Shown here: piece after piece, positions 9,190 to 18,174 of the stretch | Layout of the letters: each line of letters opens with the position of its first letter | Numbering within the stretch: the first letter of the stretch is position 1 | NCBI GenBank assembly: GCA_035624785.1 | Contig: DASPQV010000025.1 | Span: forward strand, 285,323 to 349,322 | Length of the DNA stretch: 64,000 bases | Reading direction: 5' to 3' | Origin: Candidatus Binatia bacterium | GTDB lineage: Bacteria; Chloroflexota; Dormibacteria; Aeolococcales; Aeolococcaceae | Program-made: the position numbers and the translations under genes | The notes under the pieces: generated by a model | Told to the model about the DNA's origin: nothing | The model's database searches: none | Seen by the model: the letters and a program-made list of their open reading frames with translations, nothing else

Positions 9190-10161
9190 ATGAGAGCGGT
9201 GATCTACGAGCGCCAGGGCCCGGCCCACGAGGTGCTGCGGGCCGTCGACATCCCCCGGCCCGACCCGGGACCGGGTGAGGTCCGGGTGCGGATCAGCCTC
9301 TCCGGCATCAACCCCACCGACTGGAAGTCGCGGAGCGGGGCCACACCGCGGGCGATCGGCGAGTTCCAGATCCCCCACCACGATGGGGCGGGGGTGATCG
9401 ACGCCGTGGGTCCGGGCGTCGATCAGGGTCGCGTGGGACAGCGGGTCTGGCTCTGGATGGCCGCGGCAGGCCGTCCCTGGGGCACTGCCGCGGAATGGTC
9501 GGTGGTTCCTGCTTACGCCGCCGTCCCGCTCCCCGATGGCGCCTCCATGGAGCTGGGGGCGTGCCTGGGGGTGCCCGCGCTCACCGCGCACCGCTGCCTT
9601 TACGCGGACGGGGATGTGGACGGCCGCACCGTCCTGGTCACCGGGGGAGCGGGAGCGGTTGGACACTTCGCCATCGAGCTCGCCAAGCACGGCGGTGCGC
9701 GGGTGGTCACCACCGTGAGCGGCGCGGAGAAGGCCGAGCTGGCCGGGGCCGCGGGCGCCGACCTGGTGGTCAACTATCGCGAGCCCGACGCCCTGGAGCG
9801 GATCCGCGGTTTCGCCGAGTGGGTCGACCGGGTGGTGGAGGTCAACATCGCCGCCAACCTCGCCCAGGACCTGGCCCTCGCCGGCCCGGGTACGGTGGTG
9901 GCCGCTTACGCCATCGACCAGCCGGATCCGGTCCTCCCGGTCAGGGCCTGCATGGCCGCCAACGTGACCCTCCGATTCGTGCTCCTCTACGGGGTGCCGG
10001 CGGCGGACCTGCTCCGAGGCGTGGAGGATGTGAGCCGGGCCCTGGCGGCGGGCGCCCTGACGGCGCTGCCGATCAGGAGGTTCCCGCTCGAGGAGTGCGC
10101 GGCGGCTCAGGAGGCGGTGCGGGAGGGCGCGGTCGGCAAGGTGGTCCTCGAGATCGGCTGA
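9190..10161 (+). CDS. MDR-superfamily zinc-binding alcohol dehydrogenase / NADPH:quinone oxidoreductase-like
   Basis: 'MRAVIYERQGPAHEVLRAVDIPRPDPGPGEVRVRI' is GroES-like. 'VLVTGGAGAVGHFAIELAKHGGARVV' is the Rossmann GxGxxG. The upstream 113 codons of the track ORF are low-complexity read-through. Confidence 0.8.
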   Translation: MRAVIYERQGPAHEVLRAVDIPRPDPGPGEVRVRISLSGINPTDWKSRSGATPRAIGEFQIPHHDGAGVIDAVGPGVDQGRVGQRVWLWMAAAGRPWGTAAEWSVVPAYAAVPLPDGASMELGACLGVPALTAHRCLYADGDVDGRTVLVTGGAGAVGHFAIELAKHGGARVVTTVSGAEKAELAGAAGADLVVNYREPDALERIRGFAEWVDRVVEVNIAANLAQDLALAGPGTVVAAYAIDQPDPVLPVRACMAANVTLRFVLLYGVPAADLLRGVEDVSRALAAGALTALPIRRFPLEECAAAQEAVREGAVGKVVLEIG

Positions 10162-11357
10162 GCCGCCCGCCCCAGCGGCCAGGCGACCGCGAAACGCGCC
10201 CCGCCCCCCTGCGCCGGGGAGACGTCCCAGCGGCCCCCGGAGCTCCGGACCACGGCATCCGCTATGGCCAGCCCGAGCCCGGCTCCCTCGCCGCGTGCGG
10301 TCGCCCGGTGGAAGCGGTCGAAGATGCGGGGAAGCTCGCTCTCCGAGATCCCCTCGCCGTCGTCGCTGACGGACATCTCCACCCGGCGCCCGGGGAGAGC
10401 GCGGACCCCGACGACGACCCGCGACCGGGCGTGCCGGCAGGCGTTGTCGAGCAGCACGCCGATGAGGCGTTCCAGCCAATCGGGCGGGATCGAGATGGGA
10501 AGGGTCAGCTCCGGGGATTCGACCTCGAGGCTCAACGACCGCGCCTGGGCAAGCGCCGCGAACCTCTCGACGGCCACCGCTGCCGCGGTGACCAGGTCGA
10601 TGTCGGCCGGCTCCGGGGGCTCAGGCTCGGAATCGAAGCGGGCCAGCCAGAGCAGGTCCTCGACGATCCGGCGCATCCGGCCGATCTCGCCGCTGACCCG
10701 GGTCAGGGCGGGACGGAGACTCCGGTCGCCACCGGCGAGGGCCACGTCGGTCTCCGCCTTGATGACGCTCAGCGGGGTCCGCAGCTCGTGCGAAGCATCG
10801 GCGGTGAAAGCCAGCTGGCGCTGCCGCATCCTTTCCACCGAACCCCCGACGCGGCTCCCGATGGCAAGCGAGCCGGCGAAGACGACGACCAGCAGCAACG
10901 GCCCGACCACGAGCTCAGCGAGCACCACGTCCGAGAGCTGACGCGACGCCGGCGCCAGGCTCTCACCGGCCACGGTCAATGCGCCGCTGGCGAGGCGCCG
11001 GCCCTCCACGCGGAACGGGATCCCGTTGACCGTCGCGCTGGCCGGACCGCCGGCGCTGCAGAGGCCGGACGGCAGCGCGGGGGCGTTGCCCACCGGGGTG
11101 CAGCGGCCGCCCGGCAGGGCGATCCAGGAGAGGATCGGGGCGTCGAAGTCACTGTCGGCGACGGCGGCATTCCCGCCGGCCCCCGCGACCTCGCCCATCC
11201 AGTCAGCCAAGCGCTGGTCGACAGCCGCGGTGAGGCTGTGCTCGACGATCAGGTCAGTGGCGGCGAGGACCGCCGCGAGGGCGGCCGCGACCAGGGCGGT
11301 GGAGACCGCGGCGGTGCGCAGGGCATGGCGGCGGAGGTCGGTTCCCGGCCGCCTCAT
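10107..11357 (-). CDS. Two-component sensor histidine kinase
   Basis: H-box 'SHELRTPLSVIKAETDVAL' and HATPase_c region 'LLDNACRHA...GAGLGLAIADAVV'. Its stop is adjacent to the start of the upstream response regulator. Confidence 0.85.
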   Translation of the reverse strand: MRRPGTDLRRHALRTAAVSTALVAAALAAVLAATDLIVEHSLTAAVDQRLADWMGEVAGAGGNAAVADSDFDAPILSWIALPGGRCTPVGNAPALPSGLCSAGGPASATVNGIPFRVEGRRLASGALTVAGESLAPASRQLSDVVLAELVVGPLLLVVVFAGSLAIGSRVGGSVERMRQRQLAFTADASHELRTPLSVIKAETDVALAGGDRSLRPALTRVSGEIGRMRRIVEDLLWLARFDSEPEPPEPADIDLVTAAAVAVERFAALAQARSLSLEVESPELTLPISIPPDWLERLIGVLLDNACRHARSRVVVGVRALPGRRVEMSVSDDGEGISESELPRIFDRFHRATARGEGAGLGLAIADAVVRSSGGRWDVSPAQGGGARFAVAWPLGRAAQPISRTTLPTAPSRTAS

Positions 11358-12019
11358 CGGCCGACCAGACGGTATCCGGTGCCCCGGATCGCGAGGATGG
11401 ACACCCCCGCATCACCTCCCAGCTTGGCCCTGAGGCGGGCCATGTGGGCCTCCATCGCATTCCAGCTGGCGTCGGCGTCGGGCCAGACGTGCTCGGCGAT
11501 GCTCTGACGGCTCACCACCGCTCCCGCGCGGCGAAGCAGCAGCTCGAGGATCGCGAACTCCCGTGGGGTCAGGTTCAGGACTCGGCCCCCGCTCCGTGCC
11601 TCGTGGGTGGCCGGATCGAGGCTCAGGCTGGCCAGCCGGAGGGTGGGCTCGGACGTCGGACCGCCGCGGCGCAGCAGCGCCCGCATCCGTGCCAGCAGCT
11701 CATCGAAGTCGAAGGGCTTGACCAGATAGTCGTCGGCCCCGGCATCGAGGCCGCGGACGCGATCCTGGGTGGTGTCGCGGGCGGTGAGCATCAGGATGGG
11801 CAGGCGAAGCCCGCGGCGGCGGGCCTCAGCGATGACCTGGGCACCGTCCAGCGCCGGCATCCTCCAATCGAGGACGGCCGCCGCGTACTCCCCGGTCATC
11901 AGCATGTGGAGAGCGTCGTCGCCACGGCCGGCGGTGTCCACCAGATACCCGGCCTGGAGCATTCCCCGCCGGAGCGCCGCGAGCAGCGGGGCGTCATCCT
12001 CGGCCACCAGGACCCGCAT
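11354..12019 (-). CDS. OmpR-family response regulator
   Basis: 'MRVLVAEDDAPLLAALRRGM...AAVLDWRMPALDG...LTARD' plus a winged-helix C-terminus. Start placed at the internal Met (residue 21). Confidence 0.85.
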   Translation of the reverse strand: MRVLVAEDDAPLLAALRRGMLQAGYLVDTAGRGDDALHMLMTGEYAAAVLDWRMPALDGAQVIAEARRRGLRLPILMLTARDTTQDRVRGLDAGADDYLVKPFDFDELLARMRALLRRGGPTSEPTLRLASLSLDPATHEARSGGRVLNLTPREFAILELLLRRAGAVVSRQSIAEHVWPDADASWNAMEAHMARLRAKLGGDAGVSILAIRGTGYRLVGR

Positions 12020-12228
12020 GCCCGCCACGCTAACGCTTCCCGTGCGGGTCCGGAGCAAGACTCCGCCGATGCCGAACACACTGGCTACGATGGCCCGCCC
12101 GGCTGACGCCGGCCTGACCGCGCGTCACCAGATGGGTGGGCGAGAGCGCTCCGGCGGTCCTCGCCCGCGGTGTCGACGGGCGCGGGCACCGTAAGGCATC
12201 CGTCAGGGGAGGGCCATAGGATCGCGGC

Positions 12229-13656
12229 ATGGTGCGCTTCCTCCCCACCGCGGCCACGCCGCCGCGCCCCCGGGCATCCGCCGTGCCGCCACCGCAACCC
12301 AGGCGCGCTGTCAGGTCTCCGCGCGCCTGGGGACTGCGGCCGGGCGATGCCGCGCTCATCGTCTTCGGCAACGCGCTCCTGATCGTCCTGATGTGGGTGC
12401 GCCACGGCCAGCTCCCCAACCTCGTGAGCCCGGCCGCGGACTTCACAGCCATCGGCCAGCTCGCCGCTCTGCTGGGGACATACTCGGCGCTGGTCCAGGT
12501 GGTGCTGATGTCTCGGAGCCCCTGGCTGGACAGCATCTGGGGAATCGACCGCATCGCGGGTTGGCACCGCTGGCTCGGCTTCGCCACCGTGTACCTGATC
12601 TGCGGCCACGTTTTCTTCACCACCGCCGGGTTCGCGCTCGCCGACGGCCGCAGCTTCGCCACCCAGACCTGGGTCTTCCTGACCACCTATCCCTACATGC
12701 TGATGGCCTATGTGGCGATCGCCCTCTTCATCCTCATCGCGGTGACCTCGATCCGGGCGGCACGCCGGCATGTCTCGCACGAGACCTGGCATCTCATTCA
12801 CTTCTACGTCTACCTGGCGATCGCGCTCGCCTTCGGCCACGAGGTGGCGGTGGGCACCGACTTCGTCCACGACCCGGTGGCGCTCGGCTACTGGATGGCC
12901 CTGTATGCCGCCGCCCTGCTCTGCATCGTCGCCTTCCGGATCGTCATCCCGATGCGGCTCGGGCTTCGTCACCGCCTCCACATCCAGAGCCTGGTCGCGG
13001 AATCGCCGCAGGTCACCTCCATCTACATCGGCGGCCGCGACCTCGCCGAGCTGCCGATGCGCGCCGGGCAGTTCTTCAAGTTCCGCTTCCTGGCCCGAGG
13101 CCGGTGGTGGCAGGTCCACCCCTTCTCCCTGTCGGCGGCTCCCAATGGCGAGTACCTGCGCATCACCGTCAAGGGGGTGGGCGAATTCAGCCGCTCGCTG
13201 GCCCTCCTCAGGCCGGGGACGCGGGTGCTCGTGGAGGGGCCGTACGGAGTCTTCACCTCGGTGCGGCGGCACCATCCACGGGCGCTGCTGATCGCCGGCG
13301 GGATCGGGATCACCCCGCTCCGCGCGCTCATCGAGGAGATGCCGCAGCGGAAGAACTCCATCGCGCTCCTGTACCGGGCGCGCACCTGGGCCGACGTCGT
13401 CTTCAAGGACGAGCTGGACCGCCTGGTGTCCGCCCGCGGCGGCGTCATTCACTACATCGTCGGGCGGCGGGGACGCGAGATCCACCCTCACCCATTCGCT
13501 CCCCGCCTGCTCGCCTCCGCGGTCCCCGACCTGCGCCAGCGCGACGTCTTCGTCTGCGGCCCGCGGGAGATGGTGGACGACGTCCTGGGCAGCCTTCACG
13601 CGCTCGGCCTGCCCGCGCGCCAGGTCCATGTCGAGCGCTTCGCGTTCCTGACCTGA
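12229..13656 (+). CDS. Ferric-reductase-like transmembrane (haem) domain fused to FAD- and NAD(P)-binding domains (NOX/FRE-type)
   Basis: Six hydrophobic helices with paired His ('GHVFFT', 'WHLIHFYVYLAIALAFGHEVA'), then 'HPFSLS', 'GPYG' and 'LLIAGGIGITP', the flavin/NAD motifs of the ferredoxin-reductase fold. The first ~35 codons are Arg/Pro-rich with lower GC3, so the start is uncertain. Confidence 0.7.
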   Translation: MVRFLPTAATPPRPRASAVPPPQPRRAVRSPRAWGLRPGDAALIVFGNALLIVLMWVRHGQLPNLVSPAADFTAIGQLAALLGTYSALVQVVLMSRSPWLDSIWGIDRIAGWHRWLGFATVYLICGHVFFTTAGFALADGRSFATQTWVFLTTYPYMLMAYVAIALFILIAVTSIRAARRHVSHETWHLIHFYVYLAIALAFGHEVAVGTDFVHDPVALGYWMALYAAALLCIVAFRIVIPMRLGLRHRLHIQSLVAESPQVTSIYIGGRDLAELPMRAGQFFKFRFLARGRWWQVHPFSLSAAPNGEYLRITVKGVGEFSRSLALLRPGTRVLVEGPYGVFTSVRRHHPRALLIAGGIGITPLRALIEEMPQRKNSIALLYRARTWADVVFKDELDRLVSARGGVIHYIVGRRGREIHPHPFAPRLLASAVPDLRQRDVFVCGPREMVDDVLGSLHALGLPARQVHVERFAFLT

Positions 13657-13668
13657 GAGGTACCCGGG

Positions 13669-14154
13669 ATGCCCGTGCGCGCCATCGTCAGCTTCGTCGC
13701 CACCGCGGTCGGCCTGATCCTGGTGTTCAGCTTCCGCACCCCGCCGGCGGCACCGGCCGCGGCGCTGACGCCCACCACCCCGCCGTCGACGGCGGCGCCG
13801 GCGGCGACCCCATCCGGAGCGCCTCCATCGGGAGGCGGCAGCCCGACTCCCACCCCGCAGTCCTCGACCGGCTTGAAGAACGGGACCTACACGGGCCAGA
13901 ACGCGGCCAACTTCTACGGGCCCGTGCAGGTGCAGGTGGTGATCTCCGGCGGCCGGATCACCGACGTCAAGATCGTGCAGCAGCCGAGCGACAACCCCCA
14001 GTCGGCGTACATCGCGTCGGTGGCCATCCCGTACCTGCGGCAGGAGGTACTCCAGGCCCAGAGCGCGCAGGTGCAGATCATCAGCGGGGCCACCTTCGAC
14101 AGCCAGAGCTACATGCAGTCGGTGCAGTCGGCGCTGGACCAGGCGCATGCCTGA
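13669..14154 (+). CDS. FMN_bind domain protein (single N-terminal TM, Pro/Thr-rich linker)
   Basis: C-terminal 'GRITDVKIVQQ...YLRQEVLQAQSAQVQIISGATFDSQSY' contains the [S/T]GAT flavinylation-site motif of NqrC/RnfG-type FMN_bind domains. Confidence 0.75.
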   Translation: MPVRAIVSFVATAVGLILVFSFRTPPAAPAAALTPTTPPSTAAPAATPSGAPPSGGGSPTPTPQSSTGLKNGTYTGQNAANFYGPVQVQVVISGGRITDVKIVQQPSDNPQSAYIASVAIPYLRQEVLQAQSAQVQIISGATFDSQSYMQSVQSALDQAHA

Positions 14155-14169
14155 CGAAACGATGAGAAG

Positions 14170-14958
14170 GTGATGGACGAAGGGTGGCCGCCGTCCCGCA
14201 CCGTGCGGGCCGAGCCGGTCATGGGCACGGTGATCACCGTCGACGTTCGCGAGGCGGGCGACTGGGCGGGTGCGATCGACAGCCTGTTCCGCTGGTTCGA
14301 CGAGGTGGATTCGCTCTTCAGCACCTTCAAGGCTGGAAGCGAGGTGAGCCGGCTCGCCCGCGGCGAGCTCACCGAGGGCCGATGCCAGCCTCAGGTCCGC
14401 GAGGTGCTCGCCCTCTGCGAGGAAGTGACCCGGCGGAGCCAGGGCGCCTTCGACATCCGGGCTGACGGCAGCCTCGATCCCTCCGGACTGGTGAAGGGGT
14501 GGTCGGTGGAGCGTGCCGCGGCGATGCTGCAGGCGGAGGGAGCCCGCAACTTCTTCATCGGCGCGGGCGGTGACATCGCGGCCCGCGGCGGCCCCGCCCC
14601 GGGCCAGCCCTGGCGCGTGGGGATCCGCCATCCTGAGATCGCCGGCAGGATGGCCGCGGTGCTGGAGATCGGCGACCTGGCGGTCGCCACCAGCGGCGCC
14701 TACGAGCGCGGCCAGCACATCGTCGATCCGCGCACCGGCCGGCCGCCGTCAGGTCTGCTCAGCATGACCGTGGCCGGACCCAGCCTCACCTACGCCGACG
14801 CCTACGCGACCGCGGCCTACGTCATGGGTGAGCCCGGTCCGGGCTGGGTCGCCGGCATCGACGGCTACGCCGCCCTGGCCATCACCGCCGACCGGCGCAC
14901 CGTCTGGACGGCGGGGATGGACGCGCTCCGGGTGCGGGACGGCGCCGCCGCCGTCTGA
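14170..14958 (+). CDS. apbE: FAD:protein FMN transferase (ApbE family)
   Basis: 'FDIRADGSLDPSGLVKGWSVERAAAML', 'NFFIGAGGDIAARG' and 'AVATSGAYERGQHIVDPRTGRP' match ApbE core motifs. No obvious signal peptide. Confidence 0.8.
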   Translation: MMDEGWPPSRTVRAEPVMGTVITVDVREAGDWAGAIDSLFRWFDEVDSLFSTFKAGSEVSRLARGELTEGRCQPQVREVLALCEEVTRRSQGAFDIRADGSLDPSGLVKGWSVERAAAMLQAEGARNFFIGAGGDIAARGGPAPGQPWRVGIRHPEIAGRMAAVLEIGDLAVATSGAYERGQHIVDPRTGRPPSGLLSMTVAGPSLTYADAYATAAYVMGEPGPGWVAGIDGYAALAITADRRTVWTAGMDALRVRDGAAAV

Positions 14959-15040
14959 GCACAGTCAGGGAGCCGCAAGCCGGTCGGGCTAGCCTCCCGG
15001 TTGTGGAGCGGGATCGCCAATCGATCGCAGCCGTGGCGGG

Positions 15041-15739
15041 GTGGAGCCGGTGAGCCCTCCCGTCGAAGAGGCCTCCGTCGCGGATCGCCTCGACGCTTCC
15101 ATCCACAGCTGGGCGGCTCCGCTCTCCGAGCTGGTCACCGGCCCATCGCACCGCCGCCTCGACGCGGCGCCGCGTGTCGAAGCCAACGCCCGGTTGACCG
15201 CGACCATCGGGATCGTGCTCCTGCTGCTGTTCGCGGCGGAGGGCATCACGGTGCTCTCGATCCACCGGCTCCTCCCCCTCCACGACGCCATCGGGCTGCT
15301 CCTGATCCCGCCCGTGCTGCTCAAGATGGCGAGCACCGGCCGCAGATTCGCCGCCTACTACCTCGGGGACCGCGAGTACCGCGCGGCCGGGCCACCCCCC
15401 ATCCTGCTCCGGCTGGCCGGACCGCTGGTGGTGATCCTGACGGCGGCGCTGCTCGGCACCGGCGTCGAGCTGTGGCTCTTCGGCCCCCGGTTCGGGAGCC
15501 TCTGGCTGACCGCGCACAAGGCGAGCTTCGTCCTCTGGCTCGGGGTGATGGCGATCCACGTCCTCGGCCACCTGGAGCGCGCTCCCCGGCTCGCCCTCCG
15601 CGACCTGGCTGGCCGGCCGGCGGTGGCCGGCAGCGGACGGCGCCGAGCCTGGCTGGCCGCCTCACTGCTGATGGGGCTGGCGCTGGCCGCCGCGGTCCTG
15701 CTCTACCACTCGCCCTTCATGGCGCCGCTGGAGCACTGA
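15041..15739 (+). CDS. Hypothetical polytopic membrane protein
   Basis: Very high GC3 in this frame and about five hydrophobic helices. It lies 83 nt downstream of apbE on the same strand. The start may be GTG. Confidence 0.55.
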   Translation: MEPVSPPVEEASVADRLDASIHSWAAPLSELVTGPSHRRLDAAPRVEANARLTATIGIVLLLLFAAEGITVLSIHRLLPLHDAIGLLLIPPVLLKMASTGRRFAAYYLGDREYRAAGPPPILLRLAGPLVVILTAALLGTGVELWLFGPRFGSLWLTAHKASFVLWLGVMAIHVLGHLERAPRLALRDLAGRPAVAGSGRRRAWLAASLLMGLALAAAVLLYHSPFMAPLEH

Positions 15740-15906
15740 CCTGACCGTCCCGCCCCTGGTGGGTCAGTGTGCCTCTCGATATACTCGGCGTGAGGCACCG
15801 GACTGACCGGCTCGGAGCGATGGCCCCTCGGGCCCAGGCTCTCCGCCCGGGGCCGTCCGGACCGGGAGCCGGGGATCCTCGTGAGCGGCGGCGGAGGGAG
15901 CAGGCG

Positions 15907-18072
15907 ATGTCGACACGAAGGCAATTCGCCCTCCTCGGCGCCTGGGCCGCGCTGCTGGCGATCGCCCTGGGCGTCTTCATCTGGGTCCGCCAGCCGCAGC
16001 CGCCCTACGCCAGCCTCGGCCAGCTCTTCCAGGCCGCCGACAGCAGCCATGCCGCCGGCATCCCTCCCCAGCAGCAGCTCTCCCTCGATCCCTCCCATCC
16101 CACCCTGATCGGGACCGACACCGTGACCTGGTGGGACGCGGCGGGCGGCGAGCACCGAACCCCCATCCCCGACCAGGACGTGGTCATCTCCACCCTGCAC
16201 CAGGACGGCTACGACAACATCGCGGTGGACACCGGCGTCCCCCTCAAGACGATCCTGCTGATCCTGGTCCCGACCCTGATCGTGGTCATGGTCATCGTCA
16301 TCCTCTACTGGCGCCAGGGGAGCTCCGGGGTGGCCCGGCTGCTCCGCTTCGGCCGGAGGAAGTCGGCAGGTGAGCGCCCGGCCACCCGCTTCTCGGATGT
16401 CGCCGCCTGCGAGGAGGCCAAGGTGGAGCTCGCCGAGGTGGTCGACTTCCTCCGCGATCCCAGCCGCTACCGGGAGCTGGGAGCCCGGGTCCCCCGGGGA
16501 GCGCTCCTGGTCGGACCTCCCGGGACCGGCAAGACCCTGCTCGCCCGCGCCGTCGCCGGTGAGGCGGACTGCGCCTTCCTGGCCCTCTCGGGCTCCGAGT
16601 TCGTGGAGATGTACGTGGGGGTCGGGGCGGCCCGGGTCCGGGACCTCTTCGCCCGAGCCCGCAAGTCGGCGCCCTGCATCGTCTTCATGGACGAGATCGA
16701 CGCCGTCGGCCGCCGCCGCGGCGGCAGCGGGGTCAACCCCGGTCACGAGGAGCGGGAGCAGACCCTCAACCAGCTCCTGGTGGAGCTGGACGGATTCGAC
16801 CAATCCTCGCGGATCGTGGTCCTGGCCGCCACCAACCGGCCTGACGTGCTCGACGAGGCACTGCTGCGGCCGGGGAGATTCGATCGCACCGTGACCGTCG
16901 ACGTGCCCGACGTCGCCGGCCGCCGGGCGATCCTGGAGCTGCACTCGCGGGACAAGCCCCTCGCTGCTGACGCGGACCTCACCCTGATCGCCCGGCGCAC
17001 CCCCGGTTTCACCGGCGCGGACCTGGCCAACCTGGTCAACGAGGCGGCGCTCCTCGCCGCTCGGGAGCGTGCCCCCACGATCGCCGTGGAGCACCTGGAG
17101 AGGGCGGTGGACCGGGTGCTCACCGGGCCCGAGCGCAAGGGCCGGCTGGTCAGCCTCGCCGAGCGGCGGATCATCGCCCACCACGAGATGGGCCACGCCC
17201 TGGTCCTGGCGGCACTGCCCGGCACCGACCCGGTGCGCCGGGTGAGCCTGGTGGGCCGCGGGCGATCCCTGGGTTGGACACTGACGGTCCCTGAGGACGA
17301 CCGCGTGCTGGGCTCGAAGTCGCAGCTCACCGCCCGGCTGACCGGGCTGCTCGGCGGGCGGGCGGCCGAGGAGATCCTGCTCGGTCCCGAGGACATCACC
17401 ACCGGCGGCGCGGACGACCTTCTCAAGGCGACCCAGCTGGCCCGGCAGATGGTCACCGAGCTGGGCATGTCGCGGGTCGGGCTTCGGGTGGTCGAGGCGG
17501 ATGGTGACCTGGGCCCGTCCCGTCCCCATTCGGACGAATTGGCGCGCCGTATCGACGCGGAGGTGGATCGCCTTCTCACCGAGGCGATGCAGCGGGCCGG
17601 CGAGATCCTGCTGGAGCGGCGCGACCTGCTCGAGGACCTGGCGGCGCGGCTGCTCGAGGTCGAGACGATGAGCGCGGAGGAGATGGGCGAGGTGATCGCT
17701 GCGCATCCCGCGGTGGAGCTGCGCGGCATGCGATCGGCCAGTCGCGAGAGGCCTGTGGTGGCGGCCGCGCCGCAGCGGGTCGAGGCCGCGTCCGCCCCGC
17801 TGGATGCGATCCCGGCTCCGGGCGTGACCATGGCGGCGCCCGCCGTGGCCGTGGCCCGGCGTGCCGCGGCGGCGATCCACCCGTCCCCCTCCGGGGTGGC
17901 GGTTGCAACCGGCCCGCTGCCGGCGACCTCGGAGCGGGCTGCCGTGGCCGCTGTGGCGGCCCCAGGGAGCCGTGCCGGCGTCGCCGCACCCGGGCGCCGG
18001 CTGCTGCGATCCGTGCTCCAGGCGGCGCAACGGGCCCTGAGGCGGCCTGGAACCGGCAACCCCTCGGGCTGA
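15907..18072 (+). CDS. ftsH: ATP-dependent zinc metalloprotease FtsH with Ala-rich C-terminal extension
   Basis: Walker A '[17 protein letters not shown]', Walker B '[10 protein letters not shown]', SRH '[19 protein letters not shown]' and zinc motif 'HEMGHAL'. ATG 15907 is preceded by GGAGGGAGCAGG. Confidence 0.9.
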   Translation: MSTRRQFALLGAWAALLAIALGVFIWVRQPQPPYASLGQLFQAADSSHAAGIPPQQQLSLDPSHPTLIGTDTVTWWDAAGGEHRTPIPDQDVVISTLHQDGYDNIAVDTGVPLKTILLILVPTLIVVMVIVILYWRQGSSGVARLLRFGRRKSAGERPATRFSDVAACEEAKVELAEVVDFLRDPSRYRELGARVPRGALLVGPPGTGKTLLARAVAGEADCAFLALSGSEFVEMYVGVGAARVRDLFARARKSAPCIVFMDEIDAVGRRRGGSGVNPGHEEREQTLNQLLVELDGFDQSSRIVVLAATNRPDVLDEALLRPGRFDRTVTVDVPDVAGRRAILELHSRDKPLAADADLTLIARRTPGFTGADLANLVNEAALLAARERAPTIAVEHLERAVDRVLTGPERKGRLVSLAERRIIAHHEMGHALVLAALPGTDPVRRVSLVGRGRSLGWTLTVPEDDRVLGSKSQLTARLTGLLGGRAAEEILLGPEDITTGGADDLLKATQLARQMVTELGMSRVGLRVVEADGDLGPSRPHSDELARRIDAEVDRLLTEAMQRAGEILLERRDLLEDLAARLLEVETMSAEEMGEVIAAHPAVELRGMRSASRERPVVAAAPQRVEAASAPLDAIPAPGVTMAAPAVAVARRAAAAIHPSPSGVAVATGPLPATSERAAVAAVAAPGSRAGVAAPGRRLLRSVLQAAQRALRRPGTGNPSG

Positions 18073-18174
18073 GAGGCGGCTGGCGCTGCCTCGGGACGTG
18101 AGGGGAGAGCCCTGCCCCCGCGCTCGACCCCTTGTGGACGAAACTGTCAATAACAGGCACGGCGGCGTCAGCCG

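Noticed and set aside
12017-12046. Imperfect inverted repeat CCCGCCACG...CGTGCGGG at the start of the response-regulator gene
   Set aside because: Arms are imperfect (one-base bulge) and GC-rich. Not distinguishable from background.
12085-14718. 877-aa minus-strand ORF spanning the ferric-reductase/FMN_bind/ApbE operon
   Set aside because: Low-complexity Arg/Gly/Pro sequence. The plus strand encodes three proteins with recognisable domains and high GC3.
15703-18150. 815-aa minus-strand ORF antisense to ftsH
   Set aside because: Antisense shadow of an unambiguous ftsH.
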